Of a stretch of 64,000 nucleotides of DNA, positions 63,998 to 64,000 are shown piece by piece. Source of the stretch: Nitrospirales bacterium (lineage in GTDB: Bacteria > Nitrospirota > Nitrospiria > Nitrospirales > UBA8639). A program made the position numbers and the translations under genes. The DNA lies in the NCBI GenBank assembly GCA_965203295.1, contig CBDBCZ010000011.1:160001-224000 (forward strand), written 5' to 3'. How positions within the stretch are numbered: the stretch's first letter is position 1; every line of letters starts with the position of its first letter. The notes under the pieces were generated by a model. The model saw nothing but the letters and a program-made list of their open reading frames with translations, was not told the origin of the DNA and did no database searches.

Positions 63998-64000
63998 CTG

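Overview
This is eukaryotic, intron-rich, TE-dense animal DNA. It is probably from a sponge or other early-branching metazoan, inferred from intron and repeat style and not verified. Manual splicing gives three kinds of gene. (1) A + strand gene, 5'-truncated by the window edge, with about 34 exons (784-19853, about 1,600 codons). It encodes two tandem dynamin/mitofusin/bacterial-DLP-type GTPase-plus-helical modules, and the second has degenerate G3/G4 motifs. (2) Three tandem + strand phospholipid scramblase (PLSCR) paralogs at 26663-38644, 43846-51020 and 54862-60192. Each has a (GT)n tract just after the exon-B donor and a (CA)n tract directly abutting the exon-F acceptor. (3) The 3' end of a - strand VWA7/hemicentin-like gene with a hydrophobic C-terminal tail. 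Introns and intergenic DNA are packed with Tc1/pogo MITEs, hAT-like, Sola2-like, Helentron/DINE-like and 9-bp-TSD hairpin elements (one only 20 bp long), decayed DIRS, LINE and CRE-type retroelements, and minisatellites. All gene models were assembled by eye from GT/GC-AG junctions and reading-frame continuity and need RNA evidence.
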